Of a stretch of DNA of 64,000 nt, positions 22,801 through 32,306 are shown one piece after another. The notes under the pieces are model-generated. The model was not told where the DNA came from. It made no database searches and saw only the letters and a program-made list of their open reading frames with translations. How positions within the stretch are numbered: the first letter of the stretch is position 1; every line of letters begins with the position of its first letter. The position numbers and the translations under genes were made by a program. Origin of the DNA: a virus. Location: positions 1-64,000 of IMG/VR virus record IMGVR_UViG_3300025652_000043; one strand, written 5' to 3'.

Positions 22801-25800
22801 CTACTTCAATCTAGAGAAGATGGTAAAGCACCTAAAAGAAGTGCTTTATTATTAAATAGATCAGGTTTTAAAATTCAACAAGATGTACCTAATAAATCAG
22901 CTAAAAATGGTAGTGACCAAGTATCTATGGGTACACAAATTTTTAAACTATTATTTGGTGATGGTCTTGCACAACATAGTACTAAAGAGTTTGATGGACC
23001 ACAATTATTAGAAGACTTTCATAGAGCTTTTTCTAAGATGATTAATATTAATAAAGATGCTCTTGTTGAAGAATTAGGTTTAGATGAAAATTATCAACCT
23101 AAAGATAAAGAGCAATATATGGAAAAGGTAAAAGCTTTACTTCTTAGAGAAGCTAAAGAAAGAAACTTTTCTGAAAATGATATGAAATCTTTTGACATTG
23201 ACTCTAGAAAAAACTCTAAAACTGGAGAGACAATTTACTATTTCAAACAACCTTTATGGTTGTCAGGCAATAGTAATAAGATTGAGGCAATGTTTAATGC
23301 TATTATAAACAATAAAATTTTTAAGCAAAAATTGCCAGGAAATTCATTTGTAGTAGCATCTAATAATGGTATCACTTTACAAACTCAAGAAAATTTTGAT
23401 AAAAAGAATAATAGTATAGTATACTTAGGAGATTATAAAGGTGGAGAATTACAAGGTAATGAAGTACTTGCACCATCTAGAATTAAACTTAATGGTACAC
23501 TTATAGACCTTTTTGAGGTAAGTGAAAGTGGAAACTATAAATATGTTATAAAAGATAAAGATGGTAGTTTTACTATAAATGAGAAAGCTATAGACCCTGC
23601 TTTATTTGAAAATTTTGTATTTAGAACTCCAACATCTTCACATGGTTCAGGTTCAGGTATTAAAATAGTAGGATTTATTCCTGCAGTATTAGGAGATTTA
23701 ATGATTACTCCTAGTAATTTTGTAACTCAAATGGGTCAGGATTTTGATGTAGATAAGCTTACTGCTTATCAGTATCATCATGTCTATAATGAGAAAACTA
23801 AAAGAATAGAAATCTTTAATAAAGGACATAAAGAAGCAAGATTAAGAAGTTTTAGAAATAAGTTATCTGAAATTGATAATAAAATAAAAAAAGAAGATGA
23901 GCTTTCTAAAGAAGAAAAAGATTCTGTAAATAATTTTCTTAAAGCTTTACTTGCAGATTTTAAAAGTTTTGATAATGCTGAAGAAGCTATAACACAAGTA
24001 GATGAGGTAGTTGATAAAATATTAGAAGATGAAGAAATTACTTTAGCAAAGAAAAGGGATTCTCTCTTAGAAAAATTAAGAACTATGCCTGCTAAACTTG
24101 ATATGAAGTTAGCACAAAATATGTTTATAGGTATACATAATAAAATTTACAATAGTACAGATCCTTTTATACAAGCTAAAATTAATAAAGTGCTTTCAAT
24201 GGATACTGCAACTGAACAAGCAGAAAACATTGATAATAAAGTGAGTAGCTCTAAAATAGTTAACTTAACTTCTCCTAAATATCAAAGAGAAAAATTAATT
24301 TCAGGCTCTACTGGTAATTCTGCTATTGGAGTTTATGCTAAAGGAATGACTCTTAATTCTCTTATACAACAACAAAAAGAAGGAGATAAACTTGAAATTT
24401 TAAATGCAGAAGGAGAGAAAAAAGTAAGATTTATAGGAGACTTAAAAACAGAAGGTGAATTTGGTTTACTTCAAAATTTAACTATTTCTCCTAAAAAAGA
24501 AAATGGAGAAAGAATTGAAGCTACAGAAGTTGAAAAATATTTTACCAGACCTTTAGTTGAATCTTTAGATGAAAGGGTGAACACTGCTACTGATAATGAA
24601 AAAGCTCAAATCTTAGGTAGAGTAGGTATTACTAATATCAAAAATGTTGCAGTAGATAATTTCTTAGCTTTACAAGGTATTGATGTTGAAGTAAGAGAAT
24701 TAGATATAGATAAGGGTGAATATGAGGAAGCTAACCCTTTTCATAAAATAGGTTATTTGCCAGGCACTACTGAGCCTGTATATTATAGTGAACATTCTAT
24801 TCCTTACTTATTACACTCTCAACCTATTATAAAAGAGTATTTTAAAAGGTTAAAGAATGGTAGAGCACAAGCAGGAAACTTAACTAAAGATTTAGAAAAA
24901 ACTATACTTGCTGAATTAATGGGAGACTACAAGATTCAACCTAAATTCAGTGAAAATTTTACAGGTAAAAAACTTTTTAATAGTCTGTCTAATAATATAG
25001 ATTCTGAATTTCAAAAAGAAGTTTTATTTCTATATGCAGATTTAATGAAAGATGCAGATAAGGTTAAAGAAATTCAAAGTTCTATTGACTTATCTAACTT
25101 GGGTAAATCTATGTGGGAAGCTAAAGATAAAATAGAAAAATTTAAAGATTTAGCAACTAATAAGGACTTCAAAAACTTAAGTAATCTTATAGGTGATTTT
25201 AATTATAAGGGTGAAGGGGTTTATTTAGGAGATATAAATATAGGAGATGTTAAGAATACTAAAATAGAGGGTCTTTATTTTAAACCCACTACTAATCAAG
25301 GTATAATGGTTAGTACAGCAGTGTCTCTTGCCAGAAACTTATTTTTAAATAACTTTTTTCCTTATTATGACTCTGCTATTGAGATAGCAATGCAAGATAT
25401 TATTACTGTTTCTGGTAAAAAAGATACTCCTCAATTTAGAGAAGAAGTTTTTAATAATATAAAGCAATTTATAACCTCTTCAGATAGTAATGGAATATTC
25501 TTAGACACTACTAAAAATGTTAGAGAAGACTTATTATTTGAAAAAGATGGTCCATCTTTATCTACTTATGTAGCAGACACATTAGGAGTTACTGATAAAG
25601 AATATTCAAAAGGTATCAATTTACTTGGCAAAAATATTCTTATTACTTCTTTTAGTTATGAGAAAGGAGTAAATGGTAAGCCTAGTTTAATAAAGTATGA
25701 TAATACTGCTGCAGGTAATACTAATGAAGAAGATTTTCATGTAGCTATGAAAGAATTGCTAGTAAGTGATTCTCCTTTACCACCTAGAAATGGTAGACCT

Positions 25801-27336
25801 TATACTACTAGAATGTTAGCTCAAGATTTAGTGTCTTATTCTTATGTATCAGGTGGTATAATTAGTGAAGCTATACAATTTCATAAATTTATTCCTTTAG
25901 AGTATTTTGACCAAATTACTGTAAAACAAGTATATAAAGGTGGCAGAGTCATAGAAATGCCTGTAACTAAAAAAATGCAAGGTTATGATACTAGGATAAT
26001 GAATTGGAGTGATATGGGCATTTTAGGTAATTTCACAACACAATTTATCCAAAATAATCCTACTTTTTCAAGAGCATTATCTAAAGAAGATATAAAATCT
26101 TTAAACTATTTAGACAAGACTAAAAGAAGTTTTGAATATTTTGTTAAAGAGGGAGAAATTTTACCAGAATTTGTAAGGTTATCTGGTAACAGTAGAGCTA
26201 AAAACAAACAAGGAAAAACAAGTCTTTATAAATTAGTTTTTGGAAATACTTATGAGCAAATAGATGTATTAGGTGAATTTGGAATGACTGAATATAGTGC
26301 AAAAGAGTCTGATCTAAAAACATCAATAGGAGTGGCTACCCCTAGAAAAGTATTTACTAAAAAGAATGGAGGATTTACTTATACTCAACCTAAGACTGCA
26401 CCTTTTGAAGCAAATACAGGAGATAGTGTACTTACATTACTTAAAAAAGTAAAAGCAGATAATGCATCTTCTAATCCTAATTTATCTGAAATAGCCTCTA
26501 CTTTAATAGACTTATTTGGAGATAAGGCAATGGAACTTCAAATAAAAGTTGAGGAGGATTTAGGACCTGCAGGAGTTTATAGCCCATCTAATAATACTAT
26601 AACACTCAAAAAAGGTTCTAAAAACTTGGGAGAAACTTTTGTACATGAATTTATACATGGAGTAACTTCAAAATACCTTAATCCTTATATAAATCACACT
26701 ACAGGGCAATTAAAAACTGATATTGAAATTCCTAAAGATATTCAAGAGATAAATAGTGTTTTTCTTGAGACTAGAAATTATATTATAGATACCTATAAAG
26801 AGGAATATGATAATTTTATGTTCAAATGGGAGACTTATAAAGATGCAAAAAAGAATAAAGAAGCTTCTGGTGTTATTTTTACTCCGAGAGAGAGAAATTT
26901 ATTCTATTCTACTGTAAATTTAAAAGAGTATCTTGCAATATCATTAGGAAATAATCAACTTTTATTAGAGGAAACTTCAAAAGTACCTTATAAATCTACT
27001 AAGATTACATTGTCAGAGAAATTGATGAAAGTCTTAAATAGAATATTTGAAAGTATGGCAGGAAAAGAGAATAGTTTAGCTGAACAAATTATAGGTAAAA
27101 ATCTTGATTTTATTCAAAAAAGAGCTAATACTTTAGAAAAATCTTCTGAGAAACTTCCATCTGAATTAGATATACAAAGGGATTTAGGTTCTTCTCCAAA
27201 TTTAGATAACTATTATAATGGAAATGCTCCTCCTCTTGACCAATATGGAGACTTATTTGGTAATGACCAAGATATTTCTTTTGAAAAATTAGTAGAAACA
27301 GTAATGTTACCTCTAGGAACAAAACCTTGTAAATAA
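13837..27336 (+). CDS. Giant virion-packaged DNA-dependent RNA polymerase polyprotein (crAss/phi14:2 gp66 type) with C-terminal zincin
   Basis: GQDFDVDK catalytic motif (nt 23740-23757), FRTPTSSHGS, TDAQEY, QPMKPVY.G, YIKSSSFPLIP, ATDNEK; FVHEFIH zincin at nt 26644-26658. Confidence 0.88.
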   Translation: MDDIFEEENLLKHGYKISPFGAAYSDLQGNYLESITIDGQTKSSLIDKKEYTRLYDEHYNLQNSGYKFDPYSGVPESNQKQQGLAKMYAEEFRKDAANAVIPIEVKESEEFKETFKEESKLKEEQGEKVYPTVEAQEEAAEKGTMYESFTEEDMSKEDKSDLKSLMAQKEKLLEEDPDFDAESAQSIEDRNKEAEQYGKYNPIQVFAGLQNIIDSAIAQVVPTGTGMKSEENKLKLEELNKEIASKKRGFVANSKQRLKGSIADIEQRREELNTLAHPQKSTRLDYAQKILEETLWTLEDHENNSWMPQTVFSMYNAIDQGTRGIVGLVSEVPTILHLKYDATNDNDIDESQFLVADALRMRQKVTNANLNQSDAHKFIIGINESLKFVGFSKVGRNAGTTVANNLLAKGLPKVTTKLGKKAVKWGSDLAGFGTQLVMHPSTYYSSADRYAGDITLDEEGNIITDLKTTRTLLRELNESLELIADEQSKGENSVYDKTQLDINKGIIEDAIEKAKANAPAGLVEAFAYGLTETGKELFFETQLTKGLNFLGSKLKKIPSLSKLGKNIDDISAVSKSKGAMDAQRRFAGVSNTGTRVIGNLLEEDLEEVAVQLTPTIGELNWEDYKRQASEVLTFDFHAKVLAQTFVMNKGFQALGKTNEFLDDHSWRNNFTAMIAAGKKGVTKFDYVAERKAAYDRKVFLKTSFTKLGDASSRVIAEDILMKTGEGTITIQDYHNKISELNRAGDPIGAMELKRDLLRKQAIHAANSGATKEFSLALKKLSLNTKVDGQTRQLAKDMLEEANDIQNDVSTYPNSEEILDYKSKLKYSSKTLEEVEMAQLKVQFDDMYENTRNLEEELAKEDLTLQDFSSNEKVEDFDAKVNRVVENLSEHEIQFLKLETVKTTLKNSQKQVNKLLKDATSPETQAIIHERGKYFKTIDEVNRRYFNGKMTASEFKKLVAPTLEKRGVSGILKGGKLVEINNNIYKAKKKGEIQAQAIKSQRTKLRKQAEQEAKDLAQPVEEKIEIVNDVIEEQRENLKKAQEENDVEGIKKATDLLEYWAIEVAKLEKEGSTPAEVETKKAKIEAERQAELKRMTFNELFELFKGHQVGLIGNKKELEGDTFRIIDTVKEGKEVVIERQKPDGTISSFGIPVGKDFKKFEEKYKDVELSIEDINKKYDAEVATLESQPTQQTSEVKVTPAESIVQPVEQKTDEQKKYEASLNKTAEVIDTVISQEADSKIQVNDKDEIDFNDIQDFDLPIEQEHEETVEALKLFAQEYEAVYKVKPTFKDWWEATIEAEDGNIYVFDKNLLEWTAAQWNFAKLGNSNWQKVWKDNYTNNSKIRVRFKSIREAYRSNEELAKVNTEIVKTPIVTSNTPKSPATGNPMALVSGDVTPNVGKTMTTNVKGNFSAIKYQNEKEESGEITVYTKEDKNKEIPQLNENTPLEIKELLHPDNLNPGDKVNIRVIDESEWSTILVNIYNDKGIIDKRISFQEWYDTNSKEWLKDNKGSTLEDFQNSELFISRIPMFYTNPATNNDVMFVADTAWYNQYSMGDPDTDNKVIDLNNPSSTVQESVKLGKKNALQLRQDVIIGEVTEGIIETKTSGFAQKIPGNLPVKTLWEVARDNQIVLFDGSDFVDLEGNTINTNTHVILNMDKVLENFQNAGFNNGTKSTMQSMYLSPDHKTTENGEVIQHYKAFMVLRTDEGGREKQAMREDVETAKLILSAHEALTTKETVNGITYEKALELRDMLLDNSDVALNIAEAEDAYGMVRGLVALETTNGLIDYPSSGGNKKYKSFLTKLLEDKLKVIQNTSKDVPTARGISIKNNDGTFKVEVKPYVDFLKTRLSTNIMSYNMGTEENWASTHNIQPIIKINPVRSEEVKSIQENQQVVNETPTETKVEDIKEDVAKARELEQLKELDKEKDSFLASINALNETTPSTDELSDESLPEMDDVTLIRDSLKTIGDLAAKDQRDIIQFLRDSLSLVVGVSKKDYKRAANKFFKDTYVPTLEKCKEYIEKYEGFHKTFPDDKGVQATLSTLRSQEINFENILKNEEAFFDKAYEEGLKKGNIKDLEDTDDTIKKEDLDHNEEESLTRNFYRSSNEDIHKEKIGAKLKRVFTGIPTGEKGFMGTPLYEDFDMIYNFIATYISSPLPTDPSFNEMVKRLKLIEAKVPWMKEVIKRLEESPQDTKASFVSNMYKYSANAKFVMFNKNKEKGIESSLWFSNRNNHIRKIKESWNENFKRSKIVKGNVLDKKILRGLAEQYESWNPQNKHSESDEVLKDWLAAFGLEFSDGTWEDIKLGKLVLTHKSGSKPISFENLFKPTSKGRNYQLFDSLYKYARDNSKKEGDLDFTENAKLYPLEDLSTTIKGLLDLEVLYNTSTKSITRRDGGKTVSELVYPSFFLDTMRNLISSANDTEGGHQYIKDLMNIPFSENSMILELLLKNKNFKDIFSYGEVGLMSLRNQYEKPNDYAKIEDLSPIDYVFHQMAMFQDMKNEEISATRKGFKMRVGTVSTPTSSDKGRMMLLKTAVYDFFKTDLAFEGDDFKFTKRLKEVLYADLIEPELNRKVQHTTQDVKKYNIGAMRFNNMPSLNYMVNSEGLTVEKFFENIEVRTEKGENLSSEEIKAEFKLQFFTEATNILEQSINSEVNSELKDIQEFEASNDINSSKDGINSTTYLNRKDPLNESDSAMQKKRRAMLDYVINSNISNMNIMQTISGDPAVYYNSKVTPSIKETHDLSSKELGVNMGKRLALMIAPGVALSNSHNEQYIQIMLKDNDIVAPNIELIAGYHYGKSILKKTYEKETYKVIMDKIATGEYKNDSPQYEEIKKKLPKIAPFLSIENTDAQEYTTLAEHLRVLKGLGRINKEQEKNILDNKDNLSEADMSLILQPMKPVYTGEIIERDEKGKVMFKRMVYIKSSSFPLIPELINGTPLEGLMNTMNEIEKKQTKFNGGKYVGVRASYGSANKLGSTEREINPTSETDLATLLQSREDGKAPKRSALLLNRSGFKIQQDVPNKSAKNGSDQVSMGTQIFKLLFGDGLAQHSTKEFDGPQLLEDFHRAFSKMININKDALVEELGLDENYQPKDKEQYMEKVKALLLREAKERNFSENDMKSFDIDSRKNSKTGETIYYFKQPLWLSGNSNKIEAMFNAIINNKIFKQKLPGNSFVVASNNGITLQTQENFDKKNNSIVYLGDYKGGELQGNEVLAPSRIKLNGTLIDLFEVSESGNYKYVIKDKDGSFTINEKAIDPALFENFVFRTPTSSHGSGSGIKIVGFIPAVLGDLMITPSNFVTQMGQDFDVDKLTAYQYHHVYNEKTKRIEIFNKGHKEARLRSFRNKLSEIDNKIKKEDELSKEEKDSVNNFLKALLADFKSFDNAEEAITQVDEVVDKILEDEEITLAKKRDSLLEKLRTMPAKLDMKLAQNMFIGIHNKIYNSTDPFIQAKINKVLSMDTATEQAENIDNKVSSSKIVNLTSPKYQREKLISGSTGNSAIGVYAKGMTLNSLIQQQKEGDKLEILNAEGEKKVRFIGDLKTEGEFGLLQNLTISPKKENGERIEATEVEKYFTRPLVESLDERVNTATDNEKAQILGRVGITNIKNVAVDNFLALQGIDVEVRELDIDKGEYEEANPFHKIGYLPGTTEPVYYSEHSIPYLLHSQPIIKEYFKRLKNGRAQAGNLTKDLEKTILAELMGDYKIQPKFSENFTGKKLFNSLSNNIDSEFQKEVLFLYADLMKDADKVKEIQSSIDLSNLGKSMWEAKDKIEKFKDLATNKDFKNLSNLIGDFNYKGEGVYLGDINIGDVKNTKIEGLYFKPTTNQGIMVSTAVSLARNLFLNNFFPYYDSAIEIAMQDIITVSGKKDTPQFREEVFNNIKQFITSSDSNGIFLDTTKNVREDLLFEKDGPSLSTYVADTLGVTDKEYSKGINLLGKNILITSFSYEKGVNGKPSLIKYDNTAAGNTNEEDFHVAMKELLVSDSPLPPRNGRPYTTRMLAQDLVSYSYVSGGIISEAIQFHKFIPLEYFDQITVKQVYKGGRVIEMPVTKKMQGYDTRIMNWSDMGILGNFTTQFIQNNPTFSRALSKEDIKSLNYLDKTKRSFEYFVKEGEILPEFVRLSGNSRAKNKQGKTSLYKLVFGNTYEQIDVLGEFGMTEYSAKESDLKTSIGVATPRKVFTKKNGGFTYTQPKTAPFEANTGDSVLTLLKKVKADNASSNPNLSEIASTLIDLFGDKAMELQIKVEEDLGPAGVYSPSNNTITLKKGSKNLGETFVHEFIHGVTSKYLNPYINHTTGQLKTDIEIPKDIQEINSVFLETRNYIIDTYKEEYDNFMFKWETYKDAKKNKEASGVIFTPRERNLFYSTVNLKEYLAISLGNNQLLLEETSKVPYKSTKITLSEKLMKVLNRIFESMAGKENSLAEQIIGKNLDFIQKRANTLEKSSEKLPSELDIQRDLGSSPNLDNYYNGNAPPLDQYGDLFGNDQDISFEKLVETVMLPLGTKPCK

Positions 27337-30300
27337 TGGATTGTAAAATAAAATTTAGAAAAGAAGCAGAAAAAGAAGCCTTTGACATTGCAAAATCTAA
27401 TGGAAAAATAGGTAGTGCAAAAACAAAAGGTCTTCTTGTATTTTATCCTGTAAATAAGGAAGGAAAAGTAACTAAAGGTAAAAGTGCAGGGGAAATTGCT
27501 AAAAGAAAAGTAAAAGAAATTAATGCACATTTTCAATCTGCAAGATTTGGAGCTAGTGTAACACTTAATAATGGATTTAATGATGGTGTTGGAATAGATA
27601 TTAAAATTTCTGAAGCTTATTTAGACTATTTAGTAGCTCAAAACGAAAAGGCTATTGATATGACTCTTTCAAGAGAAATACAAATTGAAGATGCAAAAAG
27701 GGCTGGTATTGAATATGATAATAGATATTTATTTGATGAAAATTTACCTGGCAATCAACCTCCAAGTAATACCAATTCTCCTCTTACTCAAAAAGGTATG
27801 GAATTTGGAGAATACTATAATAGAAGATTAAAAGCTAAAAACTTTATTGAACAAAGAGCTAAAGTTCTTAAAGAGATGAAGGGAAGTCAAAGTCTTCAAA
27901 AGAAAAGAGAAATAAAATTTTTTAATGACTTAAAAGATAAAGAGGAAAATTTATTAAAAAGAATATCAGGAGATATAGCTTCACTTAATACTGGGTCTTA
28001 TGTCTTAGATAATTTTTTTACTTATTTTAATAGTGATATTAGTACTATTAATGATATGCTTAATCAAAATCCTAGCCTTGAAAATTTGATGGCTGCTGAA
28101 GAGTATATGAAAACTTTAAGATGGGTGTTTAGTGCAGACATATTAGATAGTCCTTTCTTTGCTTATGGTATTGATAAACTAGAAGGAAGTACATTACAAA
28201 AATTTAATACGGCATTAAATAGTTTTAAAAAACTTGATAATAAATATGTTCAGAAGACCAATAGTATGGCTATGAAAGTATTTAAAGAAGCAGATGAAAA
28301 TGCAACAGATTTATCTGAAAAAGAAGAGGTACAAAAATTAATAGACCTTGTACATAACAGTGAGATAAGTATATTAGAAGAGTATTTTTTACCTTTAGAT
28401 GGGGATGGCTCTAAAGAAGACACTATTAGAGCTTTAGTTAGAAAAATATTTGATGACTCTATTTCAAAACAAGAAATAAGCTATCTACAAGATAGGATAC
28501 TTAATCATAAAGAAAGTTTAGAAAGAGAACTCCCAGTTAAAAAAAGATCAGGTTTTGGTTTATTATCTACTACATTTGACTATTCAATTTTAAAAAAAAC
28601 AGCTAAAGATGGTGCTTCAAGACTAATAAGTAAATATTCTTCTGTTTGGAATGGAGTATTAAAGAATTATAACTATAAAATAAATAGTATAAATTTAAAA
28701 CTCTCTAAACCAAATAAGACTAGAACTGATTATATAACTATAGACAAAATTAGAAAATCTCTTTTTAGAGAATTAAAGAATAATGGAGCTGCATTTATAG
28801 CTATAGAATCTTTACCTGAAATGCAAGATTCTGACATGTTGGAGTCTTTTGAAAGAATAGAAACTTTATTTGCAATACCTAAAGATAACCTTAGAGGGAG
28901 ATTAGAAGACACTAAAAAAGCTGAAGAATATAAAGAGAGAGTTATAAAACAACTCCAAGGTAAACATGGTACAAGATTAGTTGCAGAAAGAGAGTATAAT
29001 AATCTTATAGCAGAGCAAAAAGATAAGATGCTTGATCTTGAGATTGATTTAGAAAAGGAACTCAATACTGCTCTTGAAAAGGAAGCTAAAAATGTATATT
29101 CTGAACTATCAATAGAGAAAAAACAAGAACTAGCAAATTCTTATCTAAGCAAATCACCATTCTTTCTTTCAAAAAACTTAAAAGAAAAAGGCAATTCTAC
29201 TATAACTATTCCTCAATATGACCAATCAACTTTAGAGGTATCACATTCCTTAGAATATACTACTTTTATACCCTCAAAAGACAATCATTTTGATAAAGAT
29301 TTCTCTGATAATATTGAATCTAATCCTGTAATTTTAGAAGCCTGGGAAAATTTTAGTTCTGCACTAAAATATATCAATTCTAATAGAAAGTATATGGACA
29401 ATAATAAGAATAGAGATACTCTTGATTATATTGATTCATTAATTGATACTGCAAAAGAACATAACTTAGAGATAATGGCAAATGCAAGTGCCATAAAAAG
29501 GGCACTTAGACCTACTAAAAAATTCTTATATGATGCTTCAAGTGCTATTACTGAAGCTTTAGGATTAAGAGCACATTTAACTGGTACAACTCAATCTTTA
29601 AGAACTGTTTTAACTTCTGTAGATGAGAGAATAAGAGAAATTGCACAAGGTTCATATTCATTATTAACTGCAAATGAGATTAAACTCATGAGCAAATATA
29701 AAAATGGAATTTTATCAGACAAGGCATTTGAAATACTTCAAGAACAATTAGGAGTGACTTCAAATAGAATAGACCCTAATACTACTTTAAAAAGACATAT
29801 TCAAGATATTATAAGAGAAAGAGTCTATAAAAGTCAAGACAGTAATATGACTAAAGACCTTATAGCTCAACTTGGTATAGTACAAGAGTTTAAAGCTAAA
29901 AAAGAAGTTGAGACTAAACTTAAATTTTTAAGGGGATTAATTCAAAAAATTAAAGTAGGGTCTAGTATAACTGAAAAATCAAATGTTGCTGAACTTGTTG
30001 AAAATTTTATAAATACCCATTTATATGGACATTCTAGAAGACCTACAGACAAACTAAAATTATATAAAAGCTATACTGGAGAAGACAAAATGTATATTGA
30101 AGCCACTAGAAAGGCTATAGAAGACTTAGAGGAAGTTTTAGAAATGACTCAAAATGAGTCAGCTAGAAGAAAAATTGAAGCTGATATTAAATCTCTTCAA
30201 AAAAATATTGACAATAAGGGACATTTAGTTACAGGACAAAGTGTAATAGAAGCTATGTTTGTTAAAACTGCAATTTATGCAGGTTTAGGGTATAATTTTA

Positions 30301-32306
30301 CTTCTCAAATAATCAATAATGCTATAGGTAATTTTGCAGGTAGACAAAATGATGGTCTACTTTATTCTAGAGGCAATTATCCAAAAGCTCACTCTTATAT
30401 GAGAACTTGGAAAAGAGCACATATAAAAGGTATGGGCTTTAGAGGTAAAAAAGCTATTGAAAACAGAAAACTAACTTTGACATTTTTAGATGGACTAGCT
30501 TTATATCAAAATTCAGCTAATGATATACAAAATATTGTTAATGAGAAGAAATTTGACAGTAAACAGAGGTGGATTTCTCCACTTAAAGCAGTATCAATAA
30601 CTGAAAGAGAAATACAAAGACCTCAAATATTAGCTATGTTAGGTGATATGAAAATTACAGATTCACAAGGTAATATACAGCCTATTTTTGATGTAAATAA
30701 TCATAATAACCCTCATCCTGCTTTTGAATTAATTAATGGTAATCTCAAATTAAAAACTGATAAAGATGCACAAGGAAAAAGCATTCCAGGAACAGGATTT
30801 GATACTCAAGAAAATAGAGACACTTGGATAAACAAAGTTTCTAAAGAATATTTAGAATCCTTTAGTGAGTCAGGTACAGTACCTAAAAAAATAGCTGTAA
30901 TGAATGGTGATTATAGAGACACTTCTACAATCAAATTTAAAAGACACTTATTAGGTGCAATGGCTATGGTTTTTAAGACTTGGTATTCAGCATATATTTT
31001 AAGAAGATATGGAAACGCTTATGGGGTGTATACTAATATGGCTGATAATCATTCAATAAGGGTTTATACTAATTTAGCAATGAAAGGTGCATTGGCAGGT
31101 GCTTTATTAGGTACTGCAACAGCTTTTAGTCCTATTATAGGTGCAGGAATTGGAATATCAGTAGTGATGTTTAATAAAGCCCAAATGAAAACTAGGATAG
31201 AGGTTTTAATCACTAAGATTAAAAAAATGAATAGGACTCTTGAAGAAGATGTTCAAAAAGATATAGCTAAAATAGCTTTACTTAGTGATAAACTAGCTGA
31301 AATAAGTCTTTTATCTGGATTTAGATTGGGTGTCTTATCAGAAGTAGTTAAATCAACAGTGGGAACTGTTGCAGGAACAGGACTTAAATTAGCTCAATCA
31401 ACTGTTCAAACACTCACTCCTGGAGGAAAAGCTATACTCACTAATGAAATGATTGATAAGGCTCTGTGGATGAGTAAGAAGAAAGGAGAGACAGATGAAG
31501 AGTATGAGAAAAATTTAAATAGAGCACATTTCTTATTAGTTGAGTTGTCTACTACTTTAAAAATGTTAGGTATGAAAAGTTTAGCTCTTGTTTTTTTAAG
31601 TGATTTTGGAGATGATGAAGAAGATGAATTTGGGTCTGAAACTAATTTTATTAAAAGAATTTGGAATCATCCTAAAATGGCTGCTTATTATGCTGTTACT
31701 AATCTTGCTACAAGATTTTCACAAGATATAAATTTAGATGTAGACCTTGTGTCTAATATAGGACTTATTAATCCTGATATTTTTAAAACTTTAAAAGAGA
31801 ATTTAACAGCCGTTGGTAAAACAATGATAGGAGATACTAAAGTAAAAGGAGGTAAAAATGAAGGTAGATATAGAATGGCAGTTGAGTTTAATAAATATGT
31901 TCCTATGGGCATAAGAGAAATCACTACTGGTAATGTACCTTCTCTTGGATTTAAAGGTCTTACTGAAGAGAAAAAATACAATGAAAATTGGATGTCAGAA
32001 AGAAGGGATTCTGATGAAGAGCATTTTGATAATATTAAAAAGAAAACTAGAGCAAAGGAAAAACAAATATTCTTGGAGGATAAAATTGAAGAACATATAA
32101 AGAAATTTAAAAAAGAACCTGAAAAAGAAGATATAGAAACTTATGAAAAAAAGGCATTAAAATATATAAATGCAACATATCCCCCTCTTACTAACTATTT
32201 TAAAGAGGATGGGTCTGTTAAAACAGGTTTTGAAAATAAGTTAGTAAAATATGACACTGACAGAGTAGATGAAATTATAGAAAACAGAAAAAAGAAAAAA
32301 GAGTAA
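27336..32306 (+). CDS. Large ejected cargo protein with putative TM segments
   Basis: 1656 aa, helical. MNGDY...AMVFKTWY motif and hydrophobic GALAGALLGTATAFSPIIGAGIGISVVMF; follows the vRNAP. Confidence 0.6.
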   Translation: MDCKIKFRKEAEKEAFDIAKSNGKIGSAKTKGLLVFYPVNKEGKVTKGKSAGEIAKRKVKEINAHFQSARFGASVTLNNGFNDGVGIDIKISEAYLDYLVAQNEKAIDMTLSREIQIEDAKRAGIEYDNRYLFDENLPGNQPPSNTNSPLTQKGMEFGEYYNRRLKAKNFIEQRAKVLKEMKGSQSLQKKREIKFFNDLKDKEENLLKRISGDIASLNTGSYVLDNFFTYFNSDISTINDMLNQNPSLENLMAAEEYMKTLRWVFSADILDSPFFAYGIDKLEGSTLQKFNTALNSFKKLDNKYVQKTNSMAMKVFKEADENATDLSEKEEVQKLIDLVHNSEISILEEYFLPLDGDGSKEDTIRALVRKIFDDSISKQEISYLQDRILNHKESLERELPVKKRSGFGLLSTTFDYSILKKTAKDGASRLISKYSSVWNGVLKNYNYKINSINLKLSKPNKTRTDYITIDKIRKSLFRELKNNGAAFIAIESLPEMQDSDMLESFERIETLFAIPKDNLRGRLEDTKKAEEYKERVIKQLQGKHGTRLVAEREYNNLIAEQKDKMLDLEIDLEKELNTALEKEAKNVYSELSIEKKQELANSYLSKSPFFLSKNLKEKGNSTITIPQYDQSTLEVSHSLEYTTFIPSKDNHFDKDFSDNIESNPVILEAWENFSSALKYINSNRKYMDNNKNRDTLDYIDSLIDTAKEHNLEIMANASAIKRALRPTKKFLYDASSAITEALGLRAHLTGTTQSLRTVLTSVDERIREIAQGSYSLLTANEIKLMSKYKNGILSDKAFEILQEQLGVTSNRIDPNTTLKRHIQDIIRERVYKSQDSNMTKDLIAQLGIVQEFKAKKEVETKLKFLRGLIQKIKVGSSITEKSNVAELVENFINTHLYGHSRRPTDKLKLYKSYTGEDKMYIEATRKAIEDLEEVLEMTQNESARRKIEADIKSLQKNIDNKGHLVTGQSVIEAMFVKTAIYAGLGYNFTSQIINNAIGNFAGRQNDGLLYSRGNYPKAHSYMRTWKRAHIKGMGFRGKKAIENRKLTLTFLDGLALYQNSANDIQNIVNEKKFDSKQRWISPLKAVSITEREIQRPQILAMLGDMKITDSQGNIQPIFDVNNHNNPHPAFELINGNLKLKTDKDAQGKSIPGTGFDTQENRDTWINKVSKEYLESFSESGTVPKKIAVMNGDYRDTSTIKFKRHLLGAMAMVFKTWYSAYILRRYGNAYGVYTNMADNHSIRVYTNLAMKGALAGALLGTATAFSPIIGAGIGISVVMFNKAQMKTRIEVLITKIKKMNRTLEEDVQKDIAKIALLSDKLAEISLLSGFRLGVLSEVVKSTVGTVAGTGLKLAQSTVQTLTPGGKAILTNEMIDKALWMSKKKGETDEEYEKNLNRAHFLLVELSTTLKMLGMKSLALVFLSDFGDDEEDEFGSETNFIKRIWNHPKMAAYYAVTNLATRFSQDINLDVDLVSNIGLINPDIFKTLKENLTAVGKTMIGDTKVKGGKNEGRYRMAVEFNKYVPMGIREITTGNVPSLGFKGLTEEKKYNENWMSERRDSDEEHFDNIKKKTRAKEKQIFLEDKIEEHIKKFKKEPEKEDIETYEKKALKYINATYPPLTNYFKEDGSVKTGFENKLVKYDTDRVDEIIENRKKKKE

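Noticed and set aside
8756-31981. Minus-strand ORFs inside the structural and cargo genes (e.g. 8756, 10789, 13610, 16035, 20280, 27213, 28730, 31688; also 2924)
   Set aside because: Antisense shadows of long genuine ORFs, with Ser/Phe/Leu-rich composition and no motifs or leaders.
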